DNA from: Pseudomonadota bacterium
Lineage (GTDB): Bacteria > Bdellovibrionota > FAC87 > UBA2466
Length of the DNA stretch: 55,283 bases
Assembly (NCBI GenBank): GCA_043767805.1
Contig: JAYUGC010000146.1
Span: 1-55,283, forward strand
Direction of reading: 5' to 3'
Within the stretch, counting starts at the first letter, position 1; each line of letters opens with the position of its first letter. The translations under genes were made by a program, and so were the position numbers. Positions 8,690-17,176 of the stretch are shown one piece after another. The notes under the pieces were generated by a model. That model was not told where the DNA came from, searched no databases, and was given only the letters and a program-made list of their open reading frames with translations.

Positions 8690-10288
8690 TTACCTCCCCA
8701 CCACTTCCCCGCGGAACGTGAAGCGCTGTCCGTCTCGGGTGAGGTTTACCTTGGTTAGAGAGGGAACCTTTTGAATGAGGTCAGTGACCTTGTTCAAGTC
8801 TCCTTCGTACAAAACGCCTTCCATGACGAAAGTGCGATCGTCCAGAGAGAGAGTATTTACGTCCACCTTCACGTCCGGCGGAAACGACTCGCTGATGGCG
8901 CGCACGAGCGTCATCATGGGAACGCGCTCTTTGGCGAAAACTTTCAGCTTCTGCTCGAGCTCATTGGTTTTCTGATCGATGTATTTCTTGAGCGCGTCGG
9001 GATCGGTGACTAGTGTTTTGCGTAGGCCCGTGGGCACCGAGCGGAAGGTCTCTCCGAACTCTTTTTGCAGCTCTCCCTGGGCGCGTTTCACCTCGTTGTC
9101 GGCGATGCGGGAGGCCACGCACGAGTGAAGGGAGAGTAGACCGACGAGAATTCCCACGAAAGTGCAAAGCAGAAGCGCGTTGGGATTCGCGAAAAGATTG
9201 CGAACCTCTCCCAAGGAATTGCCTTTGGCGGCCGCTTGCGCGCGGAAATTGAAAAGGAGCGGCGCCTTACGGGCAAAGACCATGGCGCGGCCGAGGGGCT
9301 CGCCGAAGCGGGCCTCGTCCGCGGTGCGGAGCTCTGCTTTGAGGTTTAGTTTTTCGAAGGCGTGGAAACTTTCGACGGGAACGTCGAGTCTGCGGTTCAA
9401 GAAACTTTCGATTCCCCATATCTTGCTGGTACCGCCCGTAATCAAGACGGATTGAATGCGCTTTTGGTAGAGGGTACGAAAGGCGACCAAGCTGTGATTG
9501 ATGTCGGCCAAGAAGGGACCAAAGGCGTGGGTCGCCGCGGCCACGAGCTCCTGAGAATCGGCGGAGCCGCCTTCGGCCTCCATATCCATCTTCAGGTCGT
9601 TCATTTTGTAGCGCTCGGCTTCCTCGAGGGCGAGTCCCAAGGTCGCGGAGAGAGATTGGGTCACGGCGGCGCCGCCCCAGCTGATGCTACGGAAAAGCTC
9701 GAGGCGGTTTTCCTCGAAAATGGACAAGTTCGTTTTGTGATGTCCGATATCGAGCAGGAGCAGGGGCTCGGAAGGCGGCGGGACCTTGGAGTCCGCGAGC
9801 GACGTCAGATAGAGGTTGATGAGCCCCATGCCTTCAAAAGTCAGCCAGTCCGGATCGACTCCAATGGATCTCAGCCATTCGACGTGAGACTGAACGTGCT
9901 TTTCAGGGGCGATCGCGGCGAAGACGACGCTGCCGTCTTTTTTGGGCATCACGTAATGCTCGACGATGGCGTTCTCCAGCTTGAAGGGAACGGTGTCTTC
10001 GAGCTCGAAGCGAAACGTCTTTTCGACTTTTTTGCGCTGTTTTAAAGGAATGGGCAAAAACCGCAACGCGGTTTGCGCCGGCGGAAGGCTGGTCACGATC
10101 TTCTCAGGATGGCTCGGAAGGCGGGCCATCAGCTGGGTCACGGCCCGGCGGTACGTCTCCGTGGGATCCAAGATTTCGAGCGGAAGACGGATTTCGTGAA
10201 AATCGAGCACGTCGAGTCGGCGGAAACGGGACTCCATTTCCACGGCCTTGAGGCTCCACGTTCCAAATTCTATTCCGAGAATTCTCAT
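8690..10288 (-). CDS. gspL: Type II secretion system protein L (PilM-like actin-fold domain, TM, PilN-like domain)
   Basis: ILGIEFGTWSLKAVE, FELEDTVPF, LLLDIGHHKT, LITGGTS, a TM near aa 375 and a C-terminal periplasmic domain. Confidence 0.85.
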   Translation of the reverse strand: MRILGIEFGTWSLKAVEMESRFRRLDVLDFHEIRLPLEILDPTETYRRAVTQLMARLPSHPEKIVTSLPPAQTALRFLPIPLKQRKKVEKTFRFELEDTVPFKLENAIVEHYVMPKKDGSVVFAAIAPEKHVQSHVEWLRSIGVDPDWLTFEGMGLINLYLTSLADSKVPPPSEPLLLLDIGHHKTNLSIFEENRLELFRSISWGGAAVTQSLSATLGLALEEAERYKMNDLKMDMEAEGGSADSQELVAAATHAFGPFLADINHSLVAFRTLYQKRIQSVLITGGTSKIWGIESFLNRRLDVPVESFHAFEKLNLKAELRTADEARFGEPLGRAMVFARKAPLLFNFRAQAAAKGNSLGEVRNLFANPNALLLCTFVGILVGLLSLHSCVASRIADNEVKRAQGELQKEFGETFRSVPTGLRKTLVTDPDALKKYIDQKTNELEQKLKVFAKERVPMMTLVRAISESFPPDVKVDVNTLSLDDRTFVMEGVLYEGDLNKVTDLIQKVPSLTKVNLTRDGQRFTFRGEVVGR

Positions 10289-11725
10289 TCAGCTCTCCGC
10301 CCAGTACAAGATCTTGAGCTTGCTGCCATCCTTGTTAGACTGCTTTTCTTGGGGCGACAAGCAGATGAGCCCGCCCCCTGTGACTTGGCAACAGTCCTGG
10401 CCATTCTGCTGAACCCAGGTCGCCGCGATGAGGGCGGTACACGCCGCCTCTGTCGTAGGCTTCGTCTTGCAATCTTGGCCCGTGACTCGCCGGTCCCACC
10501 AGGCTCCCGGGGTGGCCGCGCACTGGGCCTCGTTAGCGATGTTCTTCAGGGTCATTCCGCCACCCCCGCTCCCCGACATGGAAAGGGCGACCCGAATGAC
10601 TTTTTGGATGCTGCTTCCGCTTTTTTGAACGGCTCCGAGTGCCTCCACTACAAAACTTTGAGAGCTCACCGTAAAAGGGTAGGTCTTTTCGTCCTTGTAA
10701 AGGGTCGAAAAGCCGCTTCGTCCGAGGCCGTCCGTGATGAACTTCGCGAAATCCTTTTCGGTGGCCCAGAAACCACCGCGTTTGCCTTTTTCCTCGTTGA
10801 GCTTTTTTAGGTCGTCCTCGGTAAAGTCCGGATAGAGGGCTTTCAAGGTCGTGTCGGTGGCTTCGTTGATGTTGATCTTGCCGTCGTACGAATAGACGGT
10901 CACGTGAGGCCTGAGCTTGGAATAAAGGTAGGGAGTGATCGATTTCACCATGCGAAGCTCATCCAAGGTGTAAAGCCGGTTCCGTTTCGCCTTATAGGGC
11001 GGTTTTTGCTGCTCGTAGAACGAGTCCTTGTTGCCCCCGCCATAGGACTGGGACCCGGGGGTCACCCAGTCCATGATATCGTAGACGACCTCCTCGGGCC
11101 TCAGGTTTCCGTACTCCTCGAAGGGATCTTTCGACTCTTTGAGGAAGTTGTCCATGAGGCTGACCAAAGTCCGTCCCACATACTCGAAAAGCCCTTTTGG
11201 CTCGGAGGAACGGAAGTCGATGCGCTCGCTGCGTTGCTCTTTGGGCACCAAAAGAAAGTTCAAATTTATCTTGGAGCTCTCGTTAGTAATGACGTGGGAG
11301 CTTTGGCCCGAAGTGATTTTCGACTGCTTCAGGAATTTTTCAGCCGCGTCCCGATCGGCCTTGTCGAGTTTTTTCAGGGCCTCTCCCCCTTGAGGCGGAA
11401 ACGGGGGCAAAGGAAGGGCCCAAATTTGGCTGAGGTAATTGGAAATATCCACGCCCTTCGCCATGCTCTTGATGGAGGCGTCGCGGGAAACGCGGCCATA
11501 AAGAGCGACGCGAAGAATGCCGATTTTGGCTCCCGACTTGGCGAGGTAGTAGGCCTGAAGCTGATTGAGCTCGTTGTAGGCGAGCTTCCGCTCGACCATC
11601 GACGAGAATTGAAACTCGAAAAGCATGATGGTGATGATCATCAGGGCGATGAGCACCGTAAGCAAAGCGGCGCCCCGATTGTCTTTTCCGCGGAGTGCCG
11701 TCATTTTTTTCCAAAGCGACTTCAA
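10289..11725 (-). CDS. gspK: T2SS minor pseudopilin K
   Basis: RG|AALLTVL (no E5), QAYYLAKSG, ESSKINLN, DELRMVK, GKININEA. Confidence 0.92.
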   Translation of the reverse strand: MKSLWKKMTALRGKDNRGAALLTVLIALMIITIMLFEFQFSSMVERKLAYNELNQLQAYYLAKSGAKIGILRVALYGRVSRDASIKSMAKGVDISNYLSQIWALPLPPFPPQGGEALKKLDKADRDAAEKFLKQSKITSGQSSHVITNESSKINLNFLLVPKEQRSERIDFRSSEPKGLFEYVGRTLVSLMDNFLKESKDPFEEYGNLRPEEVVYDIMDWVTPGSQSYGGGNKDSFYEQQKPPYKAKRNRLYTLDELRMVKSITPYLYSKLRPHVTVYSYDGKININEATDTTLKALYPDFTEDDLKKLNEEKGKRGGFWATEKDFAKFITDGLGRSGFSTLYKDEKTYPFTVSSQSFVVEALGAVQKSGSSIQKVIRVALSMSGSGGGGMTLKNIANEAQCAATPGAWWDRRVTGQDCKTKPTTEAACTALIAATWVQQNGQDCCQVTGGGLICLSPQEKQSNKDGSKLKILYWAES

Positions 11726-12411
11726 AATTGCACCAGAAAAGGAGCGTTATTGGGGAACGCTATCTTGAACTCGGTCTCCAAAGCGACTTTGCGATTGTGG
11801 CTATCTTCGGCCGTGAGCTTTAATTTCACCGCGTAGGGGAACCGATCGCGGTATTGCCCGTCGTCCGAGCTCCAATCGTCCACCCACCGTCCCGTCTTTT
11901 CGTCCCAATAGGAAAGCTCGAACTGGCTGACGTTATCCAAAAGTGTGTAGATCGAGCCGCCCTCGAAGAGATTCTCGTCGATAAGCGTGCTTTCTCGTTT
12001 CATCAGCGACGGGTTCTTCGAACCTCGGCGCTCCTGGAGAAAATAGGAAATTTCCGTTTGTTCGGACTCCCGGCGGGAGGCATAGTACGCGCGGTGGCTA
12101 AGCGAGGTGAAAATCATTTGCGCCTTACGCCCATCGAAAAGCGTGTGGGCGGTCGCCACGTTTTGAATCACGGCGGCCTTTGCTTCATCACCGAGATCGT
12201 CGTAGGCGATGTGAAAGGCCTGGCTCAAGTCGAAACGGAGCATGCCGACCGTCGCGCGCACGGCGCTATAGAGCTCGAGGTCGTTGAAAGCCGCTTCTTT
12301 GGTGTTGCGAATCTGTTGGATGTGCTTGGCTGTCGCGATCCCGATGATCGTGAAAATGGCCAGAGCCAAGAGCACTTCAATGAGAGTGAAGCCGGCGCGA
12401 GAGCGTTTCAT
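11722..12411 (-). CDS. gspJ: T2SS minor pseudopilin J
   Basis: MKRSRAG|FTLIEVLLAL prepilin motif, DLSQAF, WVDDWSS and PYAVKL. Start at 12411 gives an ATGA overlap with gspI. Confidence 0.9.
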   Translation of the reverse strand: MKRSRAGFTLIEVLLALAIFTIIGIATAKHIQQIRNTKEAAFNDLELYSAVRATVGMLRFDLSQAFHIAYDDLGDEAKAAVIQNVATAHTLFDGRKAQMIFTSLSHRAYYASRRESEQTEISYFLQERRGSKNPSLMKRESTLIDENLFEGGSIYTLLDNVSQFELSYWDEKTGRWVDDWSSDDGQYRDRFPYAVKLKLTAEDSHNRKVALETEFKIAFPNNAPFLVQF

Positions 12412-13016
12412 GGTGTCCCACCTCCGCCGCCGCTGGGATCGCCCGGGTCGGCAGCCCCACCGGCTTTGCCTCCGCCCGCGCCTCCTCCTCCGATGCCGCC
12501 GATCGCGACTTTTTGATCGTAGCGGACGAAGTGAGTCGACAGATCGACCATGCGCTTGGTCTTGCCCGAGGTCCAATTCACCTCGACGTGCACTTCGCGC
12601 ACGGATTGAGTGATATAGTCGCTCGCCGTTTTGAGAATGAACTTCAAGAGTATGTTCTCTTGAGAGTTTTTGCTCTCCTCGTCCTCGCCGCCGGCGGCAG
12701 TCATCTGCGCCGCCGTTTCGGAAATCTTAAAATCGACCTCGTCACAGGAGCTTTTCCAGGTGAAGCGATCGTGGCCCTCGAACTTCCCGTCGTCCTTCTT
12801 TTCGCAGGCCTTCTCAACGCCCTCGGTTTCGAGCTTCGTTTCGAGCTCCACCATCTTCTGCTGAAGGAGCCAGGTGGCTTCCGAGACTTCCCGGGCGTCG
12901 CGGGTGGCTTGCACCGAGCCGGTGGTAATGTTGATGGCCGCGAGCACCGCCATCACGAAGATGGCCATGGCAACGAGGACCTCGATGAACGTAAAGCCGG
13001 CGCTGCGTCCACGCAT
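12408..13016 (-). CDS. gspI: T2SS minor pseudopilin I
   Basis: AG|FTFIEVLVAMAIF, VREVHVEVNW; Gly-rich C-terminal tail. Confidence 0.88.
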   Translation of the reverse strand: MRGRSAGFTFIEVLVAMAIFVMAVLAAINITTGSVQATRDAREVSEATWLLQQKMVELETKLETEGVEKACEKKDDGKFEGHDRFTWKSSCDEVDFKISETAAQMTAAGGEDEESKNSQENILLKFILKTASDYITQSVREVHVEVNWTSGKTKRMVDLSTHFVRYDQKVAIGGIGGGGAGGGKAGGAADPGDPSGGGGGTP

Positions 13017-13685
13017 TTAGAAGCCATCCGCCTTTCCGCTGATCAGGTCCACTTTTCCCGAGTTCGGTCTGAGAATCATCGAATAGAAGACGTTCTCATT
13101 ACCTTCTTTGTTCAGGTAAAGAATCGTCTGGTCGGAAAAGCCGTTGGGATAGAAGTAGATGTAGGCGATTCCCCTGTTGATGAAACCGTCCTTTTCCATA
13201 AGGACGCCGCTGAAAGCCACGCCACTCGGCACCTTGATGGGCTCCTTGGTGTACTTCTGGGCGAACGTGAAGTTGGAGTCTTCGACGACCTCATCCTTCT
13301 TCTTTTTCTTCTTTTGGACCGGATCTTCGGGGTCTTCCAATAGAGAGAACTTCTTTTGGCTCTCGATCCACCAGGTTTGCTCGTCGAAGTTAATGACGAT
13401 GCGGTGAATGAGGTTCAGCAAAATGGAGTCATTGCGGACGGATCTCACCAGGCCCGTCAATTTGCGGGTGGTGGAATTGATTCGCTGGCCCGTAACCGCC
13501 TGGATGGCGGGTAAGCCGAGCGACATCATCAAGGTTATGATGGCCAATACGAGAAGGATTTCGATCAGGGTAAATCCATCTTCGCTACGGCTACGACGGA
13601 CAAGCTCGCCCTGGCTGACAAAGCTTTGCTTAGTTGACGCTGGCCGCGTCCGAGGCGATGTCGTCTCCCGTACCGGGCTCTCCAT
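13017..13685 (-). CDS. gspH: T2SS minor pseudopilin H
   Basis: DG|FTLIEILLVLAII, IYFYPNG, NSGKV. The nearest in-frame ATG (13685) lies inside gspG, so the start is uncertain (13685, 13694 or 13727). Confidence 0.85.
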   Translation of the reverse strand: MESPVRETTSPRTRPASTKQSFVSQGELVRRSRSEDGFTLIEILLVLAIITLMMSLGLPAIQAVTGQRINSTTRKLTGLVRSVRNDSILLNLIHRIVINFDEQTWWIESQKKFSLLEDPEDPVQKKKKKKDEVVEDSNFTFAQKYTKEPIKVPSGVAFSGVLMEKDGFINRGIAYIYFYPNGFSDQTILYLNKEGNENVFYSMILRPNSGKVDLISGKADGF

Positions 13686-14136
13686 CAGGCCCATCCGACA
13701 TGATTTTGTATTCCTGGTAGTTCTCACACTGGTACCGATAAGCGTTGCCGAACGGGTCTCTGGGCAAGCTGTTCTTGCTCAAATACGGTCCCTGCCAGTT
13801 ATCGGGAACTTTGCCGACGCTGGGTTTCTGAATGAGGGCTTCGAGGCCCTGGGCCGTATTAGGGAAATAGTTATGCGCCAGGTAGTAACCCTGGAGGGCC
13901 TGCTCGAAGGAGGCGATCTGAATCTTGGCCGCCTGGACCTTGGACTCTTTGTACTTCTTCATGACGCTCGCGCCGACGAAGCTGAACAAAAGGCCCACGA
14001 TGGCCAATACGATCATGATTTCGATGAGTGTGAAGCCCGCCTCCGCCGCATGCTTACGAGCGAAAGCAGTTTTCATCGTGCTACGGCGGGCAGGGCCGCT
14101 CAGATTCAAATTCGATTTCTTATCCTTCTTCCGCAT
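13630..14136 (-). CDS. gspG: T2SS major pseudopilin G
   Basis: AG|FTLIEIMIVLAI, FPNTAQGLEAL, WQGPYL, DPFGNAYRY, SDGPDGEPGTGDDI; GGAGG RBS before the ATG at 14136. Confidence 0.95.
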   Translation of the reverse strand: MRKKDKKSNLNLSGPARRSTMKTAFARKHAAEAGFTLIEIMIVLAIVGLLFSFVGASVMKKYKESKVQAAKIQIASFEQALQGYYLAHNYFPNTAQGLEALIQKPSVGKVPDNWQGPYLSKNSLPRDPFGNAYRYQCENYQEYKIMSDGPDGEPGTGDDIASDAASVN

Positions 14137-14178
14137 ATATCCTCCAAAAACTGAAACTTACTATTTCCTAAGCCCTCG

Positions 14179-15402
14179 TTATCCCGGCATGCCGTTCAAG
14201 TCGTTCATCTGCAGCATCGGCAAAAAGATCGAGAGCGCCACGAGTGTGATGATGCCACCCATCAAAACAATCATAAGAGGCTCTAGCAGCCTTGTCATCG
14301 ACTGGATGGCATTGTCCACCTGGCTGTCATAGGCGTCGGAAACCACGTTGAGCATCTCCTCCAGCTCGCCTGTTTTCTCACCCACCGCGATCATGTGCGT
14401 CAGAATGGGCGGGAACTGCCCGCTCGCCTTTAGGGGGCCGGCGATGGACTTACCTTCCGCGATGCTGTCCCGGGACTCGATGAGGGCTTGGCGGATGACG
14501 GTGTTGTCCACGACGTCTTTGACGATGTCGATGGCGTCCAAGACCTGAACGCCGCTACCGATGAGGGTCGCCATGGTGCGGGCAAAACGGGAGACGGCGA
14601 TCATGCGCTTAAGCTTGCCGAAGCCGGGGATCTTGAGAGAAAGGGCGTCCCACCAGGCTCGGCCGGCGGCGGTCGCGACATACCATTGGAAAAGGAAGAA
14701 AACGCCAACGAGAGCGCCGACCACCAGAAACCAGTTGGCCGCCATAAAATCGGAGATGCCGATCATGACGACCGTAAGTGTGGGCAGCGCCATTTTGGAG
14801 CCCTGGAACACTTCCGTGATTTTGGGTACGGCGAAAGCAAAGAGGAAGATGGTAATGCCGATGCCCGCAATGGCCATGAAGGCTGGATAAGCGAGGGCGC
14901 CGAGAACCTTGTTTTTCAAGCCTTGCTGACTTTCGGCGAAGGTCGCGAGCCGGGTCAGCACGAGGTCGAGGTTACCCGAAGCTTCACCGACGGAAATCAT
15001 GGCGGTGAAAATGGGGGAGAAGACTTTGGGAAAACGGCGGCAGCCTTCGGCGAGGGACTTACCCTCGTTTACGCTCTCTCTGACCTGGGAGAGAACTCCC
15101 TTCAGGCGGTTGTCGTCCGTTTGCTCGATGAGGGCCGCGAGCGCTTCGTCCAAAGGAATGCGGGCCCGAATCAGAGTCGCTAGCTGACGGGTCATCATGG
15201 TCACGTTCTTGGAGTTGACCTTGCCCTTACTGAAAGAAGTCTGCTTCGCTTTTTCCGATTTGCCGGAACGCTCGTTGATCTCCGTCGTCAAAACGCCTTT
15301 TTGCTTCAGGCGAAGGCGTGCGGACTTCTGCGAGTCCGCTTCGATGACACCTTTGGCGGCTTTGCCGGTGGAGCTGACTCCCTTGTACTCAAAAAGCGGC
15401 AT
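14179..15402 (-). CDS. gspF: T2SS inner membrane platform protein F
   Basis: MPLFEYKG, TRQLATLI, GEASGNL, ALAYP, GEKTGEL, LLEP. Confidence 0.96.
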   Translation of the reverse strand: MPLFEYKGVSSTGKAAKGVIEADSQKSARLRLKQKGVLTTEINERSGKSEKAKQTSFSKGKVNSKNVTMMTRQLATLIRARIPLDEALAALIEQTDDNRLKGVLSQVRESVNEGKSLAEGCRRFPKVFSPIFTAMISVGEASGNLDLVLTRLATFAESQQGLKNKVLGALAYPAFMAIAGIGITIFLFAFAVPKITEVFQGSKMALPTLTVVMIGISDFMAANWFLVVGALVGVFFLFQWYVATAAGRAWWDALSLKIPGFGKLKRMIAVSRFARTMATLIGSGVQVLDAIDIVKDVVDNTVIRQALIESRDSIAEGKSIAGPLKASGQFPPILTHMIAVGEKTGELEEMLNVVSDAYDSQVDNAIQSMTRLLEPLMIVLMGGIITLVALSIFLPMLQMNDLNGMPG

Positions 15403-15415
15403 GAGGCTTTAGCGG

Positions 15416-17149
15416 TTACTCCTGAGTGACGGACACGAGCTCCACCGCGGTGGTGGAACCTTGCAAGACTTTTTGAATGCCGTTCTCGCGCAAGGTTTCC
15501 ATTCCCTTGGCTTGAGCGGCGCGTTTGATGATGCTGGCGTCGGACTTTTCCATGATGAGCGCGCGGACGTCGTCGTCGATCATCATGAGCTCGGAGACGA
15601 CCATACGGCCTCGGTACCCAGTGCCGCCGCACTCGCCGCAACCCTTGGTGCGCCAAATTTGCCGGCCGCCGAAAATATTGGGATCGAGACCTAAGTTCTG
15701 AAGCTCAATTTCCTGGGGCGTGTAAGGCTCGCGGCAATTCAGGCAAGACTTGCGGATGAGGCGCTGAGCGAGCACCGCAAGTAACGACGAGGAAACCAGA
15801 AACGGCTCGACGCCCATGTCGATGAGACGAGTGACGGCGCCGGGCGCGTCGTTGGTATGAATCGTCGCGAAAACCAAGTGACCCGTCAGAGAGGCTTGAA
15901 TGGCGATTTCCGCCGTCTCTTTGTCACGAATTTCTCCGACCATGATGACGTCGGGATCCTGACGAAGGATGGCGCGAAGACCGGCGGCGAAGGTGAGCCC
16001 GATTTTCGGGTTCACCGGGATTTGGCCGACGCCTTTTAAGTCATATTCGATCGGGTCTTCCACCGTGATGATGTTGCGCTCGATGGAGTTAATGCGCGAA
16101 AGCGCCGCGTACAAAGTCGTCGTCTTACCGCTCCCGGTAGGGCCGGTGACGAGAAAGATGCCGTGCTTCTTGTTGATAAGCGTGTTGACGGCCTTAATGT
16201 ACTCTTCGCTGAAACCCAAATCTACGAGATCGAGCCGGACGCTAGATTTATCGAGAATACGAAGGACCAGCCGTTCGCCGTGCGCCGTTGGCAGTACCGA
16301 AAGACGAAGATCGACGTCTTTGCCGGCGATCTTAATTTTCAAGCGGCCGTCTTGGGGCAAGCGTTTTTCGGCGATGTCGAGATCGCCCATCAGCTTGATA
16401 CGAGAGCTGATTCCGGCGTGAAGCCCTTTGGGCGGGCGGACGATGTCATAGAGCACGCCGTCGATGCGGTACCGCACGACCATGTCTTTTTCGTAAGGCT
16501 CGATGTGAATGTCGGATGCCTTCTCTTTGATCGCGCGGAAAAGCAAGTTGTTCACGAACTTGATGACGGGAGCGTCGTTCTCGGAAGACTCGAGAAGATC
16601 GACCGGTTCGTCGAGATCGTAGTCGTCGGGGTTTTCCCCTTCTTCCATGTCCGACATCATGTTCTGCTTAACGCGCTCGTAGACCCGGTTGATGGAGTCG
16701 AGCACGACTTTGCTTTCACAGAGCACGGGCTTGATCTCTTTTTGGAAGATCACCCGAAGATCGTCGAGGCATTGCAGATTGAACGGATCGGAAATCACCA
16801 CGGTGACCGCGACGTCGTCCATCGCGACCGGCAGCACTTCGTACTGGCGCGCGTAGGAAATCGGAATGTCCTTCACCCATTCAGGATTCAGATGCTGGAC
16901 GTCGATTTCGCGAAGAAAAGGAATGCCGAGCTGAAGCCCGAGCGCCACGAGCACTTCGTGGGGCTGCAGATACTTCTTTTGGACAAGGATTTCTCCGAGC
17001 CGGCCGCCCTTAGCTTTTTGCGTCTCGAGAGCGTCTCTGAGCTGATCCTCTTTGAGCGAAGTTTGGGACAAGAGAATCTGCCCAAGCTTCGTTTCTTGGC
17101 GGAGGGCCTGCTGAACTAATTGTGAAGTGGGCTTAGCCAAGGGGCTCAT
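15416..17149 (-). CDS. gspE: T2SS ATPase E with N-terminal MshEN-like domain
   Basis: KLGQILL/RLGEILV repeats, ASDIHIEP, GPTGSGKTT, LRQDPDVIMVGEIRD, tetracysteine CLNC...CGEC. Confidence 0.97.
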   Translation of the reverse strand: MSPLAKPTSQLVQQALRQETKLGQILLSQTSLKEDQLRDALETQKAKGGRLGEILVQKKYLQPHEVLVALGLQLGIPFLREIDVQHLNPEWVKDIPISYARQYEVLPVAMDDVAVTVVISDPFNLQCLDDLRVIFQKEIKPVLCESKVVLDSINRVYERVKQNMMSDMEEGENPDDYDLDEPVDLLESSENDAPVIKFVNNLLFRAIKEKASDIHIEPYEKDMVVRYRIDGVLYDIVRPPKGLHAGISSRIKLMGDLDIAEKRLPQDGRLKIKIAGKDVDLRLSVLPTAHGERLVLRILDKSSVRLDLVDLGFSEEYIKAVNTLINKKHGIFLVTGPTGSGKTTTLYAALSRINSIERNIITVEDPIEYDLKGVGQIPVNPKIGLTFAAGLRAILRQDPDVIMVGEIRDKETAEIAIQASLTGHLVFATIHTNDAPGAVTRLIDMGVEPFLVSSSLLAVLAQRLIRKSCLNCREPYTPQEIELQNLGLDPNIFGGRQIWRTKGCGECGGTGYRGRMVVSELMMIDDDVRALIMEKSDASIIKRAAQAKGMETLRENGIQKVLQGSTTAVELVSVTQE

Positions 17150-17176
17150 TCTCCGGGTGGTAAATCATAGCTTGCT

